Below, piece after piece: positions 57,741 to 64,000 of a DNA stretch of 64,000 nt (its first letter is position 1; every line of letters starts with the position of its first letter). The notes under the pieces are model-generated. The model saw only the letters and a list, made by a program, of their open reading frames with translations, was not told the origin of the DNA and made no database searches. The DNA is taken from assembly GCA_963734495.1 (NCBI GenBank), contig CAVTHK010000005.1, forward strand, positions 64,001 to 128,000, given 5' to 3'. The position numbers were made by a program, and so were the translations under genes. This DNA is from an uncultured Spirochaetota bacterium. GTDB lineage: Bacteria; Spirochaetota; Spirochaetia; SZUA-6; CAVTHK01.

Positions 57741-59146
57741 TTCAGGTTGAACCCGAAGAACCGGACCGCATTGTTGTAGCTCACGTCCTGCACGATCCTG
57801 CCGAGCAGACCGATGTCGGCCGGCAGCTCGCCGTGCTCCACGTCGGCGCCGATGAGGTTGCAGAGGATCCTGCGGAAGTACTCGTGGCGCGGGTAAGAGA
57901 GGAAGCTGCGGGAGTCCGTGATCATGCCCACGAACTGCGAGAGCAGCCCCACCTCCGAGAGGATGTTCATCTGCTCTTCCATCCCGCGCCTGGTGTCGTT
58001 GAACCACCACGCCGCGCCGAACTGCATCTTGCCGGGCACCTTGCCGTCCTGGAAATTGCCGACCATGCTGGCGGCCATCGGGAAGTCGCGGGGATTCAGC
58101 GGGTAGATGATGCTCTTGGGGAGCTTTTCCTCCGAGTCCAGCCTGTCGTAGAAGCGGGCGAGCGAGCGGGCCATCTGGAAGTCGCCCATGGAGTCGTAGC
58201 CCGTGTCCGGGCCGAGGCGCTTCGCGCCGCGCGTGTTGGTGTTGCGCAGCGCCCCGAGGTGCAGCTGCATGGTCCAGTTGCGCTCCGCGTTGAGCACCGC
58301 GAACTGGTGCAGCATCGCGCTCTTGAACTTGCGCGTCTCGGCGGGATCGAGGCTCTTGCCGCTGCGGACCTTGTGGAAGATGTAGATGATCTCGCTCTCC
58401 ACGTAGTCGTCGGCGTAGGGCTCCTCGATCCCGTGGTCGGAGAGCCGGCACCCCATGTTGTGGAAGTACTCGTGGCGCTTGCGGACGGCCTCGAGAAAGG
58501 CGGCGTAGTCCTTGATCTCGATGTTGGTGGCCGCCTCGAGCCTGGTCACCCACTCGTTGAACACCTCCGGCCTGTCGACCGCCATGCCCTTGTCGGGGCG
58601 GAAGCCGGGGAGCACCCTGACCGGGAAGGCGGGGTCCTTGCGGATCTCGCTGTGGTGCTCGAGGCTGTCGATCGGGTCGTCCGTGGTGCACACGACCTTG
58701 ACGTTCATCATGGTCATGAGGCCGCGGACCCGGAACTCCTCGCGCTTGAGCGCTTCGTTGCACTGGGCGTAGATGTCCTTGGCGCTGTCCTCGTTCAGGA
58801 GCTTGGCGACCCCGAACGGGTTCCGCAGCTCCATGTGCGTCCAGTGGTAAAGGGGGTTGCGGATCGTGAGCGGAACCACCTTCGCCCACGCCTTGAACTT
58901 CTCGAAGTCGTTCGCGTCCCCCGTGATGAACCGCTCCTGCACGCCGGCCGCGCGCATCGCGCGCCACTTGTAGTGGTCGCCGCCGAGCCAGATCTCGGTC
59001 ATGTTCTTGAACTGACGGTTTTCCGCGATGTCCTTGGGCGACAGGTGGCAGTGGTAGTCGAAGATCGGCATCTTGCGCGCGTACTCGTGGTACAGCCGCC
59101 GCGCCGTCTCGGTGCTCAGCAGGAAATCCTCACCCATGAACTCCAC
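57737..59146 (-). CDS. uxaC: Uronate (glucuronate) isomerase
   Basis: PIFDYHCHL, GDHYKWRAMR, NPLYHWTH, CTTDDP, TDSRSFLSYPRHEYFRRILC; RBS before GTG 59146. Confidence 0.96.
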   Translation of the reverse strand: MEFMGEDFLLSTETARRLYHEYARKMPIFDYHCHLSPKDIAENRQFKNMTEIWLGGDHYKWRAMRAAGVQERFITGDANDFEKFKAWAKVVPLTIRNPLYHWTHMELRNPFGVAKLLNEDSAKDIYAQCNEALKREEFRVRGLMTMMNVKVVCTTDDPIDSLEHHSEIRKDPAFPVRVLPGFRPDKGMAVDRPEVFNEWVTRLEAATNIEIKDYAAFLEAVRKRHEYFHNMGCRLSDHGIEEPYADDYVESEIIYIFHKVRSGKSLDPAETRKFKSAMLHQFAVLNAERNWTMQLHLGALRNTNTRGAKRLGPDTGYDSMGDFQMARSLARFYDRLDSEEKLPKSIIYPLNPRDFPMAASMVGNFQDGKVPGKMQFGAAWWFNDTRRGMEEQMNILSEVGLLSQFVGMITDSRSFLSYPRHEYFRRILCNLIGADVEHGELPADIGLLGRIVQDVSYNNAVRFFGFNLK

Positions 59147-59241
59147 GGTCGTCCTCCTCGACGCGCCGCCATCGGGCTTCGGGGCGCCCGGCGTCGTCCC
59201 GACCGGCACTCCAGCCCCGGCCGCCTCCGCCATCCTGTCGC

Positions 59242-60787
59242 TCATGCCTTGCCCACCCCCAGCAGGTCCAGATGCTTCCTGATGTGCCGCTCCACCGACT
59301 TCCAGTAGGCCTCGATGTGGGTTTCGAGCACGCCGTAGATCTTCTTGTTGATCTGCGGGTTGCGCAGCATCTCGCCGTAGGTCACGTGAAGCACCTGGCG
59401 CGTGTCCGAATTGGCCAGCAGCCCCGCCAGATCCTTCAGGCCCTCCGCCTGCGGCACGTTCGCCATGTTCGGCGTGATGTGGTAGTACTTGCGCGCCGCC
59501 GGGAACGTCTCGAGGGCGTACGCGTAGAGCTCGCGGAAGAACGCCGGCTCCTTTTCGCAGATCACTTCGAGCGCCTGCAGCCAGTTGGTGCCGGCGGTCT
59601 TGACGTGGAAATAGCTCTTCGTCTCGCGGCCCACCGTCGGGAAGACCGTGAACTTGTCGCTGCCCGAATGCACGGAGATCCGGTAGCCGAACTGCCTGGC
59701 GATGGCGGCGTGGGTGCGGAAGCTCCTGTCGAACTCCGCGGGATTGCCGATGTAGTCGATGCCCTTCTGGAACTCGCCGATAAAGCGCGGCGCCACCGAG
59801 AACAGCGGGACGCCCCGCGTCTTCATCTCCGTGGCGGCGAACACGTGCGCGGCGGGCATCGTCGGCGTCGCCGTTTCGTCGATGGAGAGCTCGAAATCAA
59901 AGCGCGCCGCGCCGCCGCCCGCGCGCACTCCCGCCCGGTACATCCGCTCCGCGGCATCCAGGGCCTCGAGGTAGACGAGCGCGATGCGCGCCAGGTCCGG
60001 CGCGGGTAAAGCCGATCTTCTCGCCCGTGTCGAGAGCGATCGAGAGCGGCAGGTAGCGGCTCTCGAGCTCGGCCCGCCGGGCGGAAGGGAGCTTCGCGTA
60101 CGCCTCGAGCACCGTCTGCTCGGGCGCGCCGTCGAACTCCTTGTGGATGTGGTCCGAGACGTCGGCGGTGATCATGGAGAAGCCGAGCTTGACGGCCTTC
60201 CTGACCCAGTCGGCGGTCTTGAGGTGGTCCCCGTCGGCGCCCCACGGCCTGCGGAAGCCCTCCTGGAACACCGCCCACGTGGCCGCGTCGAGCACGTCCT
60301 CGTAGGTGCGGCTCGTGAGGTCGAGCTCCCGCACGGACTGCTGCGCGAGCACCGGCGCCGCGGCGCGGCCGGCGACCAGGCGCAGGTGCCCCGGCGACGC
60401 GAGCCCGAGCCGGTCGCCCAGGCCGATGGTCACCGGCTCGCCGCCGAGCCGGCTCGGGCCCGTGAAGGGCAGCAGCTTCCGCAGCCGGTTGGCGTTGCCG
60501 TGATCGAGCGGGCAGAACCGCGCCGCGGCGCCGGCCGCCTTGACGAGGGTCCCGGCGAAGCGCCCGCGATTCGACCCGAAGACGACGAGGCAGGGGTTCG
60601 CCGGCGAGCCGCCGAGCGCGGCCATCACCAGCGTGTCCTGCCCCACCGTCGCGAGCGAATGGGTGAAAAAGAACTCGCCGGCGCTCCCGGCCCCCGCGGC
60701 CGGGATGTTGTTGACCACCACGCCGCGCTCGACGGCGCGCCCGAGCCAGGCGGCGGCTGCCTGCGTGTCGACCTTCTTCATTTTCAC
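59242..60787 (-). CDS. uxaE: Tagaturonate/fructuronate epimerase; frameshift near 60005
   Basis: GLGDRLGLASPGH, AQQSVRE, WGADGDHLK, ELSIDET, GEFQKGIDY, SVHSGSDKF, HVKTAGT. Confidence 0.9.
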
Positions 60788-60803
60788 TTCCGTTCTCTTT
60801 GGC

Positions 60804-61622
60804 CTATATGTTGTCGATCAGGTAGCCGCCGTCCACGGGGACGCTCACCCCGGTCACGAAGCTCGCGGCCTTGTCGCTCAGCAGGAACAGCAGCGTGCCG
60901 GCCAGCTCCTCGGCCTGCGCGAAGCGGCCGAAGGGCGTGTGCGCGATGATCGCCTTGCCGCGGTCGGTGAGCTCGCCGGTGGCCTCGTTCTTGATCAGCA
61001 GGTCCTTGTTCTGCTTGCCGATGACAAAGCCAGGCGCGATCGCGTTCACGCGGATCCCGTAGGGGGCGAACTCCTTGGCGGTGGCCTGCGTCAGGTTGAG
61101 CACGCCGGCCTTGGCCGCGCTGTAGGCCCAGATCCCCGACAGCGGCATGTAGCTGTTCATGGACGCCATGTTGACGATCGTGCCCTTGATCTTGCGGTCG
61201 ATCCAGTACTTGGCCACGACCTTGGTCGGCACCATGAGGCCGGCCACGATGTTCAGCTTCATGATGAAATCGAACTGCTTCATGTCGGTCTCGACGAACG
61301 GGCCTTTGCCCCGGTTGCCTCCCGCGGCGTTGATGAGCGCGTTCGGCGTTCCGAGCCCCTTTTCCGTCTCGGCCACCGCGGCGGCCACCGACACCTCGTC
61401 CATCGCGTCGACCTTGACGCACTGGATCGCGGCGCCCTTGCCCGTGAGCTCGGTGAGCCGCTTCTTCGCCGCGTCGAGCGCGTCCGGCGCAATGTCCCAG
61501 AGCGCCACCTTCGCTCCGGCCTTGAGCAGAGCCTCCGAGAACCCGCCGGCGATCGCGCCGCCGCCTCCGGTGATGATCACGATCTTCTTCGAGACGTCGA
61601 ACATCTGCTCCACGAAACTCAT
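60804..61622 (-). CDS. SDR oxidoreductase, probable D-mannonate oxidoreductase (fructuronate reductase)
   Basis: TGGGGAIA, LINAAGGN, YSAAK, RVNAIAPGF, IIAHTPFGRF; adjacent to uxaE and uxaC. Confidence 0.8.
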   Translation of the reverse strand: MSFVEQMFDVSKKIVIITGGGGAIAGGFSEALLKAGAKVALWDIAPDALDAAKKRLTELTGKGAAIQCVKVDAMDEVSVAAAVAETEKGLGTPNALINAAGGNRGKGPFVETDMKQFDFIMKLNIVAGLMVPTKVVAKYWIDRKIKGTIVNMASMNSYMPLSGIWAYSAAKAGVLNLTQATAKEFAPYGIRVNAIAPGFVIGKQNKDLLIKNEATGELTDRGKAIIAHTPFGRFAQAEELAGTLLFLLSDKAASFVTGVSVPVDGGYLIDNI

Positions 61623-61767
61623 GTTGCTCCTCCCGAGGGCCGGCGCACGCGCCGCGCAGGCGCGCCTGAGCGCCAACGGTCGCCCATTATATCGGCCGCG
61701 CGATCGAGCGGCCAGTGGTGCGCCGGCGCACCCGTCGGGCCGTCCGTTCCCGGGCCGATCCGTCTCC

Positions 61768-62994
61768 TTACTTGACCCAGACCTTGCGGAAGCGCACGAA
61801 ACGCGGCAGGCCGCCTTCGATCACCGGCTTGACCTCGCCCTGGATGAGGGGCCGCGCGTAGCGGTCGAAGTCGGCCGTGAGCGAGAAGCCGTCCGCGGCG
61901 ATCCACTCTTTCGGCAGCTTCTTCTCCCCGTTGGCCACCTTGGCCAGGTCCACCGTTCCGGTCTCGCAGCGGTAGGGATCGTCCGAGGAGCGCTCGAGGC
62001 TCACCATCTTGCCGCTCACTCCCTTGAGGGCGAGCTGCACCGCGCGCTGGCCCACCAGGTAGGCCTCTTTCGAATCCGTGAGCGAGGCGAAGTGGATGCC
62101 GGTGCGCTGGATGGTCGACGGGATCGCGAAGCGGGCCTTGACCTTGACCTCTCGCTCGACGAGATCCTTGATGAAGAAGGCGGCCCCGCCGAGCTGCGTG
62201 TGGCCGAAAGCGTCCTTCGCGAAGTCGCCCTTCTGCTCGGCGATGTAGCTGCCGTCAGGGTTCTGCGTGCCCTCGGAAACGACGATCACGCAGCGGCCGA
62301 TCTTGCGCAGGTAGTAGTCGACGCGCGCCTTGAACTTCTCCTTGTCGAACGGGGCCTCGGGGAGCAGGATCATGTGGGGCGCGTCCTCCTCGTCCCGGCG
62401 CGCCAGGGCCGTGCCCGCGGCGATCCAGCCGGCGTTGCGCCCCATGGCCTCGATCACGTTCACGGTGTCGGAGGTGTAGAGGGCTTCCGTGTCGCGGCCC
62501 GCCTCCATGGTCATCGTGGCCAGGTACTTGATCACGCTCCCGTACCCGGGGCAGTGGTCGGTGTACGCGAGGTCGTTGTCGATGGTCTTGGGGACGCCGA
62601 CGCAGACGAGCTCGTAGCCCTGGCTGAGGGCGAGCTTGTTGACCTTGTCCGCGGTGTCCTGGGAGTCGTTGCCGCCGGCGTAGAAGAAGTAGCGGATGTT
62701 GTGCTTCTTGAACACCTCCAGGATGCGGCCGAACTCCTCGTCCTTCTTGACCTTGTGGCGGCAGGAGCCGAGCGCGGACGCGGGGCTGGTCATGAGCCCC
62801 TGGATGTCGCGGGCATCCTCCTTGCCCAGGTCGTAGATCTCGTCGTTCAGGACCCCGAGGATGCCGTTGTGCCCGGCGTAGACGCCCGTGATCTCCTTGT
62901 GCTTCAACGCCTCCTGGATCACGCCGCAGGCGCTGGCGTTGATCACCGCCGTCGGCCCGCCGCTCTGCGCCACGATGCAGTTGCCCTTCACCAT
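61768..62994 (-). CDS. 6-phosphofructokinase family, probably pyrophosphate-dependent
   Basis: AQSGGPTAVINAS, GGNDS, PKTIDND, MGRNAGW, DAFGH. Confidence 0.88.
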   Translation of the reverse strand: MVKGNCIVAQSGGPTAVINASACGVIQEALKHKEITGVYAGHNGILGVLNDEIYDLGKEDARDIQGLMTSPASALGSCRHKVKKDEEFGRILEVFKKHNIRYFFYAGGNDSQDTADKVNKLALSQGYELVCVGVPKTIDNDLAYTDHCPGYGSVIKYLATMTMEAGRDTEALYTSDTVNVIEAMGRNAGWIAAGTALARRDEEDAPHMILLPEAPFDKEKFKARVDYYLRKIGRCVIVVSEGTQNPDGSYIAEQKGDFAKDAFGHTQLGGAAFFIKDLVEREVKVKARFAIPSTIQRTGIHFASLTDSKEAYLVGQRAVQLALKGVSGKMVSLERSSDDPYRCETGTVDLAKVANGEKKLPKEWIAADGFSLTADFDRYARPLIQGEVKPVIEGGLPRFVRFRKVWVK

Positions 62995-63071
62995 TGACTC
63001 TCCTCCCTTCTTCTCGCGCATTCAAAGCGGGTGCCGGCCGCCGCGCACGGCGCGGTGGCGGCCGCCGCCCG

Positions 63072-63828
63072 TCACACCGCCTTGAGAACCTCGATCCCCA
63101 GCGCCTCCAGGCTCCGTGCCTCCGCGAAATGGCGGTCGGTGACCAGGACGTCGACGCGTTCGGCCGTGGCGAAAACGCTGAAGGCGGTCACGCCGAACTT
63201 CGTATGGTCGGCCAGCACCACGCAGCGTCGCGAGCACTCGATCGCGGTCCGCTTGAGCTGCGCCTCGATCAGGTTCTGCGACGAGAACCGGCCGTCCCGC
63301 GAGATCCCGGTCGCTCCCAGGAAGCAGGTCCCGATCTGGAAATTACGCAGCGCCTGCACGGCCAGCGGGCCGATGAACGAGCCCGCCTCGGCCCGGAAGC
63401 TCCCGCCGATCGCAACGAGCGCACACGTGCGGCGCATCCGCGAGCGCGAGGATCACGTCGATCGAGTTGGTGACGACGCGCAGGCTCATGCGCCCGATCT
63501 CCCTCGCGAGCGCGGCGCACGTGCTCCCGGCGTCCAGGTAGATCGTGTCGTCCTCGCGCACGAGCTCGCGTGCGCGCGACGCGATCGCCTCCTTGAGGCG
63601 GGTGTTCTCCCTGCGGCGCTCGGGAACCGGGCGCACCCGCTCCGTGTCCTCCGAGAGCACCGCGCCGCCGTGCGTCCGCGAGAGCCTCCCCTGCTCTTCG
63701 AGGAGGCTCAGGTCCTTCCGGATCGTCACCTCGGACACGCCGAGCCGCTCCGTCAGGGTTTGCACGGAGACGCTCTTCAGGCGCTGCAGGATCCGCAGGA
63801 TCTCTGTGTGTCGCTCCTTGAAGGCCAT
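63072..63828 (-). CDS. DeoR/GlpR family regulator; frameshift near 63420
   Basis: VSEVTIRKDL, RTHGGA, LDAGST, VVTNS, LADHTKFG. Confidence 0.9.
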
Positions 63829-63903
63829 GGCCGTCCGGCGCGGCCCACGCACGCCCGCGCGCCCCTGCGGGCTGCGGGGCGTTCGATTCCTTTCTGAAAA
63901 GGA

Positions 63904-63932
63904 ACCCTAACGAAAGCCCTCCGCCCTGTCAA
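63904..63932 (-). promoter_or_regulatory. Sigma70-type promoter for DeoR/hexuronate operon
   Basis: TTGACA-17 nt-TAGGGT on the minus strand. Confidence 0.65.
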
Positions 63933-64000
63933 CGCCAGGCGCCCTGGTCCCCGGAGGTCCCGCGTACTCGCGGAGTGCGTACTCGCCGGAGATGGCGTTG

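Noticed and set aside
6274-63828. About 11 frameshifts (near 6620, 31266, 31938, 37540, 38600, 41460, 41870, 43862, 50000, 60005, 63420) as pseudogenes or programmed frameshifts
   Set aside because: Both halves keep intact motifs, there are no internal stops and no shared slippery motif. Single-base sequencing indels are more likely; read-level checking is needed.

Overview
GC-rich bacterial chromosomal window. The host is probably a free-living Spirochaetia (inference from an Asp-type MurA, an 'LFATGGQE' solute-binding-protein signal region and a conserved spirochaete-like hypothetical). Core genes on the left are murA, aspartate kinase, thrC, a TetR regulator and a Pta-N/BioD-like ATPase. 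Next is a ~23.5 kb accessory island (7459-30996), visibly less GC-rich by eye, bounded by a long diverged inverted repeat. Inside it, an internally deleted IS91-family transposase remnant precedes a perfect 86-bp inverted repeat pair. That pair encloses a ~14.8 kb metal-homeostasis cargo: Znu-type ABC system plus Fur/Zur regulator, YcgR/YcgQ-type permeases, two DUF1007 proteins, four SCO-related sequences, an ankyrin protein and two putative Zn peptidases. A truncated type III restriction subunit and an Fe3+/phosphonate-type ABC operon complete the island. The right half holds a glycoside/sugar-acid cluster (two URO-D-family proteins, GH2, RpiB, LarA-like, acyltransferase, GH38, sugar ABC), an ABC exporter module, FTR1 plus DtxR, Atl plus DNA polymerase II, several transporters and a hexuronate operon (DeoR, PPi-type Pfk, SDR, uxaE, uxaC, ltaE). 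About 11 single-base frameshifts in otherwise intact genes look like sequencing indels. No tRNA, rRNA or CRISPR array was recognised. All family assignments come from motif recognition by eye, not database searches.
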